A stretch of 63,925 nucleotides of DNA, filler included, from Alphaproteobacteria bacterium (GCA_024280495.1; 9 parts of 9 records of this genome joined end to end with filler, not necessarily neighbours in it); one strand, 5' to 3'. Shown: positions 52,038-63,368, numbered from the whole stretch's first letter. The notes: generated by a model not told the origin, from the sequence alone. Numbers and translations are program-made.

Positions 52038-53537
52038 GTGACTGGAAATATGGCCTCAACAATAGAGCCTCTCGATACAACTGAAAAGCAACCAAAAGCG
52101 CTTTATATTCTCTTTTTCGCTGAACTTTGGGAACGATTTAGTTTCTACGGCATGAAAGCTCTTTTGATTTTATACATGATAAAAGAGCTCGCCTTTGGCA
52201 CTGAGGCTTCTTATGGCATTCTTGGCGCTTATGGTGCTCTTCTTTATGCGTCCAATATTTTGGGTGGATTTTTAGCGGATAATTTCCTTGGAAATAGACG
52301 TGCCGTAATGTACGGAAGTGCCTTCATTATTGCGGGGCACTTGAGCTTAGCTCTTCCTTTTGCTGAATCTTCCTTTTATTATGGCCTTGCCCTTTTGGTT
52401 GTTGGTACGGGTTTCTTTAAACCCAATATTTCCAGCTTCCTTGGCCTATTTTACAAAAAAAACGACCATCGCCGTGATAGTGGGTTTACAATATTTTACA
52501 TGGGCATCAATATTGGTGGCCTTTTGGCACCTCTTGTTTGTGGTACCATTGCCGATATTTATGGTTGGCATTATGGCTTTGGGATTGCGGCCCTTGGTAT
52601 GGTTTTTGGTGCCATTGCCTTTTATGGTGGATCCAAGTCTTTTGAAAACATAGGACTTCCCCCCTGTCAAGACGCCCTTGATCGCCCTATCTTACTAGGC
52701 TTATCAATGAGTAAACTTATTTTCATCGGTGCATCTTTTTTTGTTTTCCTCGTGGTTACCATTATTCAAAATCATGAATATATGGGCGGTTTTATGGCTA
52801 TTGCGAGTCTTGCTGTCCTCACTTTCATGCTATTTATTGCTTTTCGCTCCCCCCTTGAAGAAAGAAAATGTATCCTTACTTTATTGGCGATGTTCTTTTT
52901 TATGACTTGTTTTATTTCCATATGGGAACAGATTGGAGGATCTATTCTTCTTTTTACCGAAGCTAGCATTGATCGACAAGTTTTTGGATATACAGTACCT
53001 GCTTCCTGGTCTCAGTCTTTAAATCCCCTCTTTATTATCCTCATGAGTCCTTTTGTATCCAGCATCTGGAAAAAAACATCCAAAGCAGGTAAAAACATTT
53101 CCACACCCATCAAATTTTCCATTGGTTTTTTATTTTGTGCCCTTGGTTTTTATGCCTTTGTTTTAGGTATTCAATCACATCAAGACGGTGTCGTTGCTTT
53201 GAAATGGCTATTATTAGGTGTTGCTGGGTTCAGTCTTGGCGAGTTATTTATTTCTCCTGTAGGCCTTTCTACGGTAACGAAATTAGCCCCAGCAAAACAG
53301 GCGGGCCTACTCATGGGAGTGTTCTTCTTTAGTTTTGGACTGGCGTCATTTTTAGCCCAATGGATTGCGCAATTTTTTGGCACCCCCAACACATCGGGGG
53401 AAACAACAGACATTATGGCGCAACTCCAAGGTTTTGAAAATATTTTCACTTTTGTCGCCCAATTTTCTTTGGTTTCTGCGGTTCTTGCCTTGCTGATCAC
53501 TCCCTTGGTAAGCAACGTTTTCAAACGTCACAATTAA
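52038..53537 (+). CDS. POT/PTR proton-dependent oligopeptide transporter
   Basis: ELWERFSFYGM, GFFKPNIS, FYMGINIG, GELFISPVG. Confidence 0.95.
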   Translation: MTGNMASTIEPLDTTEKQPKALYILFFAELWERFSFYGMKALLILYMIKELAFGTEASYGILGAYGALLYASNILGGFLADNFLGNRRAVMYGSAFIIAGHLSLALPFAESSFYYGLALLVVGTGFFKPNISSFLGLFYKKNDHRRDSGFTIFYMGINIGGLLAPLVCGTIADIYGWHYGFGIAALGMVFGAIAFYGGSKSFENIGLPPCQDALDRPILLGLSMSKLIFIGASFFVFLVVTIIQNHEYMGGFMAIASLAVLTFMLFIAFRSPLEERKCILTLLAMFFFMTCFISIWEQIGGSILLFTEASIDRQVFGYTVPASWSQSLNPLFIILMSPFVSSIWKKTSKAGKNISTPIKFSIGFLFCALGFYAFVLGIQSHQDGVVALKWLLLGVAGFSLGELFISPVGLSTVTKLAPAKQAGLLMGVFFFSFGLASFLAQWIAQFFGTPNTSGETTDIMAQLQGFENIFTFVAQFSLVSAVLALLITPLVSNVFKRHN

Positions 53538-53560
53538 ACATACCAAAGGAAAGTTGAAAT

Positions 53561-53659
53561 ATGAAAAAAACCCCTTTTCTTTGGAGTGCCTTTGATCGTT
53601 TGAAAATTGCGGTAATCCTATTGATCATCATGTGGTTCGTTGTATACTGGGCTCTATAA
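53561..53659 (+). CDS. 32-aa single-TM small protein upstream of the metal ABC operon
   Basis: AAAGGA RBS; MKKTPFLWSAFDRLKIAVILLIIMWFVVYWAL; too short for the ORF track. Confidence 0.6.
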   Translation: MKKTPFLWSAFDRLKIAVILLIIMWFVVYWAL

Positions 53660-53697
53660 TATCAATGCTGAAACATCAATGCTAAAAGGTCTTATTA

Positions 53698-54567
53698 GTG
53701 ATTTTTAAAAACCTATTTCCTGAAAAGCAACAGTTCCACGCCTCAGAACGCTTCAAAGATTTGGGACCCAAAACACACCAGAAAAAAAACCTCATATGCA
53801 TGAAAAATAGTGCGGTGCGCTATGGTCAACACATTGCCCTTGATTCAATCAATGGCAATTTTAGAAACAACTCTTTAACTGCCATCATTGGTCCAAATGG
53901 GGGAGGGAAAAGCACTTTATTAAAAGCCATTCTCGGCATGATTCCCCTACACACGGGGTCGATCATCCTTGATAAAAGCTTGCGTGGCAATATTGCCTAC
54001 CTCCCCCAACAGAATAATTTAGATCGTTCCTTTCCCTTAACTGTTCAGGATGTTGTGGCCTCTGGTCATTGCCAGCACAAGGGATTTTTTGGTCGTTTTG
54101 ATGGTGCCCTTCAAGAAAACGTTGAAATAGCCCTTGCTGAAGTTGGTATGCTAGATTGTATGAACCGCGCTTTGGACGAGCTTTCTGGGGGACAATTTCA
54201 ACGGGTTCTTTTTGCCCGTTTAAGCCTTCAAGATGCCGATTGTATTTTGATGGATGAACCTTTTACTGCCATTGACACTTATACCGTAAACGACCTTATC
54301 AAAATTATTTTAAAGTGGCATAAGGCAGGTAAAACATTACTCATAGTGAACCATGATTTGGATCTCGTACAAGACTATTTTCCAACGACCATGATGATAG
54401 CAAGACGCATTCTAGATTGGGGAGATACCAAAGAAATCGTAACCCTTGATAACTTACGCCATGCCAAAAATATCTCACGGCACCTTGAAAGCCCTGATCA
54501 CCCCATTACCGACGAAATTTTCCAACGTGCAAAAAAACAAACAAAACAAAAAGGAACATCTCTATGA
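53698..54567 (+). CDS. Zn/Mn ABC transporter ATPase (ZnuC/AztA-like)
   Basis: GPNGGGKST, AYLPQ, FPLTV, LSGGQFQR, DEPF, HDL. Confidence 0.92.
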   Translation: MIFKNLFPEKQQFHASERFKDLGPKTHQKKNLICMKNSAVRYGQHIALDSINGNFRNNSLTAIIGPNGGGKSTLLKAILGMIPLHTGSIILDKSLRGNIAYLPQQNNLDRSFPLTVQDVVASGHCQHKGFFGRFDGALQENVEIALAEVGMLDCMNRALDELSGGQFQRVLFARLSLQDADCILMDEPFTAIDTYTVNDLIKIILKWHKAGKTLLIVNHDLDLVQDYFPTTMMIARRILDWGDTKEIVTLDNLRHAKNISRHLESPDHPITDEIFQRAKKQTKQKGTSL

Positions 54568-54570
54568 TTG

Positions 54571-54670
54571 NNNNNNNNNNNNNNNNNNNNNNNNNNNNNN
54601 NNNNNNNNNNNNNNTTAATTAATTAANNNNNNNNNNNNNNNNNNNNNNNNNNNNNNNNNNNNNNNNNNNN
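54571..54670. other. Artificial contig linker
   Basis: N run containing TTAATTAATTAA. Confidence 0.98.
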
Positions 54671-54775
54671 CCAAGTGATGGGCCTAATATGATTGTTTTG
54701 AAGGATTTACCAGATCTTATCGACCGATTGATGGCCATTGATCTTGTTGCAAAAAGATTAAATTCTACCTTTTAA
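54671..54775 (+). CDS. kdsA: KDO8P synthase C-terminus
   Basis: PSDGPNM..L.DL..L...LMAID; kdsA-eno synteny. Confidence 0.85.
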   Translation, partial: PSDGPNMIVLKDLPDLIDRLMAIDLVAKRLNSTF

Positions 54776-54810
54776 AAATTAATATTTAAATTACTATAAA
54801 AGAGGCTCAT

Positions 54811-56079
54811 ATGCTTACCATTCAACTCCTTCATGCCCGTCAGATTCTTGATTCAAGGGGGAATCCAACGGTTGAGGTTGAGGCAACATTAAGTGACGGT
54901 TCTTTTGCCGTTGCGGGTGTGCCTTCAGGGGCCTCCACTGGTAAGTATGAAGCTGTTGAATTGCGTGATGGAGATAAAAAAACCTATGGTGGAAAAGGAG
55001 TTTTGACGGCCATTGGAAATGTGAATGGTCCTATATTAAAAGTTCTTAAAGATCATGACGCTGAAAATCAAAAAGGTGTTGATCAGCTTATGATTGATCT
55101 AGATGGCACAGAAAACAAAGCTAACCTTGGGGCAAATTCTATTTTAGGTGTTAGTTTGGCCGTTTCAAAAGCCGTGGCCGTTTCAAAAAAACTTGATTTT
55201 TATCAATATCTTGAGGCTCTTTATCGACCTTATGGTGCCATGAAAGCTATGAGCTTGCCGCGACCTATGATGAATTTAGTGAATGGAGGGTCGCACTCTG
55301 ATGCTCCCATTGATATTCAAGAATTTATGATAGTGCCCATTGGGGCAGAAACTTTTTCAAAGGGTCTTCAAATGGGGGCTGAAATTTTTCAATCTCTCAA
55401 AAAAACTCTTTCTAATAAAGGACTTAGTACGGCCGTCGGGGATGAAGGGGGGTTTGCTCCTAAACTCGGATCTTCCACAGAGGTTTTGGATTTAATGATA
55501 GAGGCTGGTTCTGCCATTGGATATAAAGCAGGCATAGATTTTGCTTTTGCCTTGGATGCGGCAGCAACGGAATTTTACGATGAAAAAACAGGTATCTATG
55601 GCTTAACGGGCGCGGGTCTTGACTTTACTTCATCTCAAATGGTTGCTTATTATAAAGATCTTACTACTCGTTATCCTATTATATCCATCGAAGATGGTAT
55701 GTCAGAAGATGATTTTGAGGGGTGGGCGTTATTACAAAAAGAATTAGGAGCAATATGCCAAATCGTTGGGGATGATCTTTTCGTCACCAACCCAAAGCGT
55801 CTTCAAATGGGGTTCGTGCAAAATTTAGCTAATAGTATTTTAATCAAGCTTAATCAAATTGGAACCCTTTCTGAAACTTTTGAAACCATGGCAATGGCTC
55901 AAAAACAGGGATATTCCTGTGTTATTTCTCATCGTAGTGGTGAAACAGAAGATACGTCAATTGCGGACCTTGCCGTTGCAACGGGTGCAGGACAAATTAA
56001 AACGGGATCTTTATCCAGAACCGATCGTATTTGTAAATATAATCGGTTGTTGCGCATTGAAGAAACTCTTTCGGAATGA
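54811..56079 (+). CDS. eno: Enolase
   Basis: DSRGNPTVE, PSGASTG, GDEGGFAP, SHRSGETED. Confidence 0.99.
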   Translation: MLTIQLLHARQILDSRGNPTVEVEATLSDGSFAVAGVPSGASTGKYEAVELRDGDKKTYGGKGVLTAIGNVNGPILKVLKDHDAENQKGVDQLMIDLDGTENKANLGANSILGVSLAVSKAVAVSKKLDFYQYLEALYRPYGAMKAMSLPRPMMNLVNGGSHSDAPIDIQEFMIVPIGAETFSKGLQMGAEIFQSLKKTLSNKGLSTAVGDEGGFAPKLGSSTEVLDLMIEAGSAIGYKAGIDFAFALDAAATEFYDEKTGIYGLTGAGLDFTSSQMVAYYKDLTTRYPIISIEDGMSEDDFEGWALLQKELGAICQIVGDDLFVTNPKRLQMGFVQNLANSILIKLNQIGTLSETFETMAMAQKQGYSCVISHRSGETEDTSIADLAVATGAGQIKTGSLSRTDRICKYNRLLRIEETLSE

Positions 56080-56165
56080 CTGGTCATTCCCAAAATATCC
56101 CAGACGTCGTCAATCACTCCCGCGCCTAAGCTAAGGCGTTAATCCCTCCTAAGTCTCTGTTTTTT

Positions 56166-57458
56166 TTAGTCCAATTCAAAAATTCGACGCAATCCTTTTA
56201 TTTTTAGAATGAAATGGGTCATAATCCAAGAAACACCAATACCACCAATGGAAACTATTAGAATCTTGAAAATAATGGGAATATGGTAGTTCACGAAAGT
56301 GAATTGCATCCAAATAATGATGGGATCATGAATGATAAAGATGCCCCAGCAACACGCTGTTGCACTGGCCCATATGGCATAAAATTTTCCAGATGAGTTT
56401 CCAGCATTTTTCCCAAAAAAGGACAATAGGGTTAGAAATTGCATTAAGGCAAGAGCTGCCATCAAAGTAGTACGCATAAGAACCCGTGGGGCTTTTTCAG
56501 TTACGAGGTTAAGGGCTTCGATCCATGAATCTGCGCTACCATGACCGATTCGAAGGATTTTATAAATAGTATAATCATAGGCGCCATCATGGAAATAAGC
56601 ATGGGCATAAAGTGTGTATAGAACGCCAAAGGTGACCATGGCAACAAACCAAAAATATCTCTTATCTAAAAAATCTTTCCAGGGTTCTTTTGATTTCCAA
56701 ACCTGTGATTTCATGAAAGCAGCGCCCATTATAAAGTAAACGAAATTCATCATGAATTTAGAACCCTGTAGAGAAAACAGTTGCCCATACATATATTCTG
56801 GTAAAATATCGCGAAAACCGACCCACCAAGGAGCGCCATAACGAAGATCGCTGAGTCCATAAATAAAAGCTGATAAGACAAAAAAGGCACTAAGGGCAGG
56901 GACGGGACGTTTGAATCCTTGGCGTAGTCTGTTCCCACATTTCCCAATAAAACTCGGCATTAATTTGTTAATGGTAAGAAGTATAAGAGTATAGAGGACA
57001 AGGGCATACATCACCCAGTAAGGGCCAGCCTGAAGTTTATCCGTGAAAAAGACGCCCATCCAATAATCCATATAAGATATATTTTGATCGGTAAATTCAT
57101 GAAAACGGGGAAAGCTCAATAGGGGCACTATGAGAGGAACGCCAACCATAAAAGGAATGATAAATTTGACAAATCTGTCTTTCCAGAACATTTTCACGCC
57201 ATAGGTTGATAATTTTGGCAAAACATAAGCTCCAAAAGTAAAAAAGAGCACTGGCATAATGGCTGCTTGGTTAAAAAGATACAGAGCATCAAAGGTATAA
57301 GATCTGTCATAATCCCTGAAAAAAGCATACTTGCCCCAGTTTGCAGCATAAGCGTGCAGTGCGTGATCCATGGCCATAAGAAGGAATATAAATCCTCGCA
57401 TATGGTCGATGGCGGACATACGATGGACCTTGGGAAGGTCTCTATAACAGTTCTTCAT
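56166..57458 (-). CDS. Acyltransferase-3 (OpgC/MdoC-like) membrane protein, copy 2
   Basis: ID.MRG....M..DH, MP..FF..G, R....IPF, GPYW, GIFIIH.P. Confidence 0.85.
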   Translation of the reverse strand: MKNCYRDLPKVHRMSAIDHMRGFIFLLMAMDHALHAYAANWGKYAFFRDYDRSYTFDALYLFNQAAIMPVLFFTFGAYVLPKLSTYGVKMFWKDRFVKFIIPFMVGVPLIVPLLSFPRFHEFTDQNISYMDYWMGVFFTDKLQAGPYWVMYALVLYTLILLTINKLMPSFIGKCGNRLRQGFKRPVPALSAFFVLSAFIYGLSDLRYGAPWWVGFRDILPEYMYGQLFSLQGSKFMMNFVYFIMGAAFMKSQVWKSKEPWKDFLDKRYFWFVAMVTFGVLYTLYAHAYFHDGAYDYTIYKILRIGHGSADSWIEALNLVTEKAPRVLMRTTLMAALALMQFLTLLSFFGKNAGNSSGKFYAIWASATACCWGIFIIHDPIIIWMQFTFVNYHIPIIFKILIVSIGGIGVSWIMTHFILKIKGLRRIFELD

Positions 57459-57525
57459 TCTTTATCCTGTTTTTTATTCTTTTTATGTGAACAAGGTAGT
57501 GTGAGTCAGTTCTTTAAGCAAGCAA

Positions 57526-58761
57526 CTATAAAACTTTTTTAAACCCTGGTTTTGTACGTAGAAAATGGGTGAGACCCCAGGAAATAGTGGTTGCTGCAAT
57601 ACTGACTATGGTAAATTTTAAGAAGATATTTAGTTGAGATTGATAAAAATAATATTGTACAAGTGTGGTTATGGGTTCGTGAAAAATATAAATTCCAAAG
57701 GAACAAACCCCCAAGCTCTGCCAGATTTTATTGGGGTGGTCTAAAAATCGTTGAAAGGCTGAAAAATAAAAGGCCGTGAGGCTTACCATGGAAACGGCCA
57801 ATAATGTCGTGCGAATTAGAATAGGAGGCGCGTATTCATTAATAAAAGGCCAAGAATCTGCCCAAGATCCCCCAAAGTGAAAGTGTCGCAAAATTTCGAT
57901 ATTATAGGCTCCAGTATAAAAATTTGTACCCGCATAATAAAGATAAGCGCCAACGGAAAATAGAGACAGTATCAGCCATGTTTTCCAGGAATGGCCAATT
58001 TTAGTCAGGGTTTCTTTGGACTGCAAAATACCAGCCCCCGCGACTCCAGCCCCAAGGAAAAAGAAAAAAATTTTCATAATAAAACGGCCTTTTCTAAAGG
58101 CGATAAGTTGGCCCAAATCCCCGAAATCTCTAAAAACAAACCAAAACCAGGGTCCCCATCTGATTTCACTAATGCCAATGATGATACTGGCAATGGCAGA
58201 AATACTAAGAAAACCACCAATAGGATTTTTAATAATCCAGCGTGCGAAATTGTCAAAACCCTTTATTATAAAAGGAGCAAATTTACGTACTAGGATCAAT
58301 AAAATTGTGAGCATTGCAAGGGCTGCCAAAAACCAGAAGCCTGAAGAACTTGCTTCTTTCCAAAAAAATGTATCGGAAACATAATGCCAATAATTTTCTG
58401 GGTAGGCTGTTTTAATGAGGTATTTCATATAGAGTTGCGGTGGTACGAGGAGAAAAACACCCAAAGCGAACGGCACAAAAAGGCGCATAAGTTTTTCCTT
58501 TGTAAAGCTTAGGGTGCCACGTCTATCAAGGGATGGAAAAACAAACATACCTGCTAGAAAAAAAAGAAAAGGCATCATTATAATGTCATTATGTAGGTAC
58601 CAAAAATCAAAAATAGAGGCACTGAGGGTATCTTTTACATACCATTGTTTTTGAAAAAAAGGTGAATAGGCCTGCATAGAATGTTGAAAAACCACTAACA
58701 TCACCATGAATCCTCGCAGATAATCAATAAAATAAATTCTATTTTCAGGGAGTTGCGCCAT
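57526..58761 (-). CDS. Acyltransferase-3 (OpgC/MdoC-like) membrane protein, copy 1
   Basis: RIYFIDYLRG, MPFLFFLAG, KLMRLFVPF, WFL, SFGIYIFH. Confidence 0.88.
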   Translation of the reverse strand: MAQLPENRIYFIDYLRGFMVMLVVFQHSMQAYSPFFQKQWYVKDTLSASIFDFWYLHNDIIMMPFLFFLAGMFVFPSLDRRGTLSFTKEKLMRLFVPFALGVFLLVPPQLYMKYLIKTAYPENYWHYVSDTFFWKEASSSGFWFLAALAMLTILLILVRKFAPFIIKGFDNFARWIIKNPIGGFLSISAIASIIIGISEIRWGPWFWFVFRDFGDLGQLIAFRKGRFIMKIFFFFLGAGVAGAGILQSKETLTKIGHSWKTWLILSLFSVGAYLYYAGTNFYTGAYNIEILRHFHFGGSWADSWPFINEYAPPILIRTTLLAVSMVSLTAFYFSAFQRFLDHPNKIWQSLGVCSFGIYIFHEPITTLVQYYFYQSQLNIFLKFTIVSIAATTISWGLTHFLRTKPGFKKVL

Positions 58762-58840
58762 AATTAATTAAACCTTTAATAAATTATTAAGAAAGTTTTA
58801 TCATTATACTACAATAATTATATTTTTTGAGAGGATAATT

Positions 58841-60299
58841 GTGCAAAAAGAGTTGCAACGCGTACTGATCGTTGATGATGACCCTATGTCCATTGATTTC
58901 ATGGTGCGTCATATAAGTTCTGTATTGTCCAGTGAGATTACTTCTTTTCAAAATCCATTGGAGGCCTATGACTGGGCTCATGATAATGAATGCGACTTGG
59001 TGATCATTGATTATCGTATGCCAGAAATGTCAGGTATTGACCTTGTCCGAAAACTAAAACGTCTTGATAAGTATGTGTCTGTTCCTATGATGTTGGTCAC
59101 GTCCGATAATACCAGGGGCAATATTCCTGAGGCCTTTGATGCGGGCTTTACTGACTATGTTTTCAAGCCATTTCAACGAGCAGAATTTCTTGCCCGCGTG
59201 AATAATGCTTTGAGTTTACGTGCAGCAAATAAAATCCTTGAATTCGATAAGAAAAATCTTGAATATAAAATTAGAAAGGCAACTCAAGAGCTTTTAGATA
59301 AAGATGTACGCCATCGTTTGGTTATTGAAGCAACAAATGAAGGTATTTGGGACTGGGACATTAAAACATCGGAAGTGTTTTATTCCAGAAAATGGTGCGA
59401 AATTCTTGGTTATCAAATGGGAGAAGTACCTAATACCGCTATTTTTTGGACCAGCCGCGTTAAAGAAGAGGATCTTTATATTTTAACGGGCGCCATTGAT
59501 AACCATATTATGGGTAAAACGGATCAGATCGATTGTACTTACCGTATGGTTCATAAGAAAGGTTATGATATTTGGGTACATACTCAAGGAAAGTCTTTGA
59601 GAGATGAAACAGGTCAGGCCGTTCGTTTGATTGGGGCTCATGCGGATATTAGTGAACTCAAAGAAAGTCAACAAGAACTTGCTTATAGTGCTTTGCATGA
59701 TACGCTGACCGGGCTGCCAAATCGATCACTTTTAATGGAGCGTCTTCAACAAGCCCTATTGCGTTTTAAACGTGATCCTGATTCTCTTTTTACGTTAATG
59801 TTCATAGATCTAGATAAATTTAAAGACATTAATGATACTTATGGCCATGGCGCAGGGGACAAAATACTAAAAAGCATAGCGACCCTTTTAGTTAAATCTT
59901 CTCGGGATCTTGACACAGTTGCTCGTATAGGAGGAGATGAATACGTTGTTTTGTTGGAAAATACAACCACTGAAAATTCTGCAAAGAAATATCTTGCTCG
60001 TATTTATGAGGAGTTAAATAAACCCATCGAAGTTGCGGGGCATGAGGTTAAACTGGGACTTAGCACAGGCGTTGTTCTCGCTAACTCTAATCATTTGAAC
60101 GCCGATCAAATTTTGCAAGATGCTGATGTTGCCCTTTATGAAGCAAAAGACCGTGGACGCAATCAAGCAATCTTTTTTGAACAAACCATGAAGGAATTGC
60201 CCCCGCGTAAAAAGCAATTACTCGAATCCCTAGGGGATGCTTTGGTCAAAGGAGAAATGGAAATTTACTATCAACCCATTGTGTGTCTTAAGACAAAGG
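58841..60299 (+). CDS. REC-PAS-GGDEF-EAL c-di-GMP signalling protein (EAL cut by contig end)
   Basis: IVDDD/DYRMP; GIWDWD PAS; HDTLTGLPNR, DLDKFK.IND.YGH, ARIGGDEY; YYQPIV. Confidence 0.93.
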
Positions 60300-60399
60300 N
60301 NNNNNNNNNNNNNNNNNNNNNNNNNNNNNNNNNNNNNNNNNNNTTAATTAATTAANNNNNNNNNNNNNNNNNNNNNNNNNNNNNNNNNNNNNNNNNNNN
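60300..60399. other. Artificial contig linker
   Basis: N run containing TTAATTAATTAA. Confidence 0.98.
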
Positions 60400-60592
60400 A
60401 CTCTTTCATTGTTCAAGTTTATTTAATGATGTTATAGCAAACTTTTCCAGGGTTTTACAAATTGTAAAATAATAGAATTTGTAGAATGTATGAAAAAAAA
60501 AGACTTCCAAAAGACTTTTTTAAAAGAAAAGGACTACTGTTAGAGCAAATAGAATGATAAGCTCAAAATAAAAAAATAAGAATAGACGAGCC

Positions 60593-61201
60593 ATGGTCTC
60601 TAAAGTAAAAGCATCTAAAAAAGTATCGGTAAAAAACGCTGATCCACAAAAAAACATTTCCAAACAAGATGGTGAAAAAAGTCGCCGTGACTTTTTAATT
60701 CTTGCGTCTGGGGCGGCAGGAGCCGTTGGAGCGGGTAGTTTTCTTTACCCTTTTATTACAAGTATGAATCCAGCAGCAGACACCGCAGCTGGTGCTGAGG
60801 TCGATATTGACCTTTCTCCCGTAAAAATGGGACAGGCTATCACTGTTATGTGGCGTGGCAAACCTGTGTTTATTCGCAAACGTACCCCAATAGAAATTGA
60901 GAAAGAACGTGCGGCAGATATATCTAAAATGCCTGATCCTGAAAGTGATGTAGATCGCACACAAAAGCCTGAATGGCTTATTGTTGTTGGTGTTTGCACC
61001 CACTTAGGTTGCGTGCCATCGGGGCAAAAACCAACGGATGCACGGGGTGATTACGGAGGTTGGTTTTGTCCATGTCATGGTTCTGCCTATGATGTCGCTG
61101 GACGGATTCGTCAAGGTCCTGCCCCTAAAAATCTTGTGGTTCCCCCTTATACATTTCTTGATGATACAACTCTGCGCATCGGCCAGGAGGCAACAGTTTA
61201 A
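60593..61201 (+). CDS. petA: Ubiquinol-cytochrome c reductase Rieske subunit
   Basis: RRDFL Tat signal, CTHLGC, CPCHGS. Confidence 0.98.
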   Translation: MVSKVKASKKVSVKNADPQKNISKQDGEKSRRDFLILASGAAGAVGAGSFLYPFITSMNPAADTAAGAEVDIDLSPVKMGQAITVMWRGKPVFIRKRTPIEIEKERAADISKMPDPESDVDRTQKPEWLIVVGVCTHLGCVPSGQKPTDARGDYGGWFCPCHGSAYDVAGRIRQGPAPKNLVVPPYTFLDDTTLRIGQEATV

Positions 61202-62499
61202 TGTCTAAAAACATGTCAAACAATAAAGCGTTACAACCGTCACAAGTCAAAGCCGAAAATGCTTCTAAAGGAGTTATGGGATGGGTGGAGCATCGCCTTC
61301 CCGTTTTTGAATTTCTTAATAAAGAATTAGTAGACTATAAAACACCGAAAAACCTCAACTACATGTGGAATTTTGGGTCTCTCGCGGGCATTATTTTAGT
61401 AATAATGATTATTTCGGGTATTTTTCTTGCCATGCAATATACAGCGCACGTTGATCACGCTTTCCAAAGCGTTGAACGCATCATGCGTGAGGTCAATTAT
61501 GGATGGCTCATTCGTTATATTCATATGAATGGGGCTTCGATGTTTTTCATTGTGATTTATATGCATATGTTCCGCGGTCTTTATTACGGCTCTTACAAAG
61601 CCCCCCGTGAGCTTCTCTGGATTATGGGCGTCGTTATTTACCTTTTGATGATGGCCACAGCCTTCATGGGATATGTTTTGCCATGGGGACAAATGAGTTT
61701 TTGGGGCGCAACGGTGATCACGAACTTTTTCACGGCCTTTGATATTAATTTTGCCTTGGGTGATACGGCGGTTTCCATACCCCTTGGTACGGGCATCATG
61801 GAATTCTTGCTCGGTGGGTTTTCCGTTGATAATCCAACCTTAAATCGTTTTTTTGCTTTACATTATCTCATGCCTTTTGTTCTTGTCGCTCTTGTGGTCT
61901 TGCACCTTGTGGCTCTTCATGCCCATGGATCAAATAACCCTTCAGGAATTGATAAAAAAACTGACAAAGACTCCGTTCCTTTTCACCCTTATTATACGTA
62001 CAAGGATCTCTTTGGCCTTGGCGTTTTTCTAACTTTTTTTGCTCTTATTGTCTTTTTTGCCCCGAATTTCTTTGGGGAGCCTGATAATTATATTCCAGCA
62101 GATCCCCTGGTCACGCCTCCACATATTTTACCTGAATGGTATTTTTTACCTTTTTATGCCATTTTACGCTCCGTACCCGATAAATTGGCAGGTGTTTTGA
62201 TGATGTTCAGTGCTGTTGGTATTTTGGCAGCCTTGCCTTGGTTGGACAAACACCCAATTCGAAGCGGCCGTTTCAGACCTTTATTTAAACCTTTTTTCTG
62301 GCTTTTCATTTTGGCTTGCTTTGCTCTTGGTTGGGCTGGTTCTCAAGCGCCCGAAGGGGTAGCCATGCTTGTTGGACAAACTTGTACCGTTTATTATTTT
62401 GCTTATTTCTTAATCGTATTACCGGTTTTGCGCTTTGTAGAACGGCCCGTTCAGCTTCCTGATAGCATCGATGCCTATGAGAAAAGTCGATGTAAATAA
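61201..62499 (+). CDS. petB: Cytochrome b
   Basis: [24 protein letters not shown]. Confidence 0.99.
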   Translation: MSKNMSNNKALQPSQVKAENASKGVMGWVEHRLPVFEFLNKELVDYKTPKNLNYMWNFGSLAGIILVIMIISGIFLAMQYTAHVDHAFQSVERIMREVNYGWLIRYIHMNGASMFFIVIYMHMFRGLYYGSYKAPRELLWIMGVVIYLLMMATAFMGYVLPWGQMSFWGATVITNFFTAFDINFALGDTAVSIPLGTGIMEFLLGGFSVDNPTLNRFFALHYLMPFVLVALVVLHLVALHAHGSNNPSGIDKKTDKDSVPFHPYYTYKDLFGLGVFLTFFALIVFFAPNFFGEPDNYIPADPLVTPPHILPEWYFLPFYAILRSVPDKLAGVLMMFSAVGILAALPWLDKHPIRSGRFRPLFKPFFWLFILACFALGWAGSQAPEGVAMLVGQTCTVYYFAYFLIVLPVLRFVERPVQLPDSIDAYEKSRCK

Positions 62500-62510
62500 A
62501 GGTCAATCAA

Positions 62511-63368
62511 ATGAAAATTCAGATGACATATAATAAGACAAAAAAGAGTCATAATATGATAAATAAAAAACAGTCGCAGTTATCTAAAAAGGCCATTTTA
62601 CGCCTTCTAACATTTGTTATAATGGGTGCCTTTTTCCTCACCACTTCTTTTCAAGAGGTTCAAGCAAAGGAGACTATCACGCCGCCAAAACATAAGTGGG
62701 ATTTTAAAGGTCCTTTTGGTGTTTTCAAACGCGAACAATTACAGCGAGGCTTTCAAGTCTATAAAGAAGTCTGTTCCGTCTGTCATGGCCTTAATTTATT
62801 ACGCTATGATAAACTCGCAGCATTAGGGTTTTCTAAGGCAGAAATCAAAGCCATTGCAGGTGACTATGCAATCCCAGGACCTTTAAATGACGACGGCGAG
62901 CCAACCATGGTCAAAGCAACCCCTGGTGATTATTTTGCAAAGCCTTACCCCAATAAACAGGCTGGTCGTGCTGCCAACAACGGGGCTTTCCCACCAGATT
63001 TATCTCTTATAACCAAAGCCCGTGTCAATGGCCATGATTACCTCCAAGCCCTTTTAACGGGTTATGAACATGCCCCCGATGATTTTGGTTTGATGGATGG
63101 TATGTATTACAATACTTATTTCTCTGGTCAACAAATTGCCATGCCGCCACCCCTTACTGATAACCAAGTTGAATACGTGGATGGCACAAAAGCAACTGTC
63201 GAGCAAATGTCAAAAGATGTCGTAACATTTTTAGCCTGGGCTGCGGAACCCGAAATGGAACAGCGTCGCAACCTTGGTATTAAGGTCATTATTTTTCTTT
63301 TGTTTTTTACATTTTTAATGCGCACCCTTATGCGACGCACCTGGCGTAAAATCAAAGAAAAAAAATAG
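62511..63368 (+). CDS. petC: Cytochrome c1
   Basis: LQRGFQVYKEVCSVCH, PPDLSL, IAMPPPL, FL.WAAEP. Confidence 0.98.
   Translation: MKIQMTYNKTKKSHNMINKKQSQLSKKAILRLLTFVIMGAFFLTTSFQEVQAKETITPPKHKWDFKGPFGVFKREQLQRGFQVYKEVCSVCHGLNLLRYDKLAALGFSKAEIKAIAGDYAIPGPLNDDGEPTMVKATPGDYFAKPYPNKQAGRAANNGAFPPDLSLITKARVNGHDYLQALLTGYEHAPDDFGLMDGMYYNTYFSGQQIAMPPPLTDNQVEYVDGTKATVEQMSKDVVTFLAWAAEPEMEQRRNLGIKVIIFLLFFTFLMRTLMRRTWRKIKEKK

Noticed and set aside
4018..60399. Recurrent TTAATTAATTAA motif within N runs
   Set aside because: Identical 100-nt artificial linkers. ORF ends such as ...XXXLIN and adjacency across linkers are artefacts.
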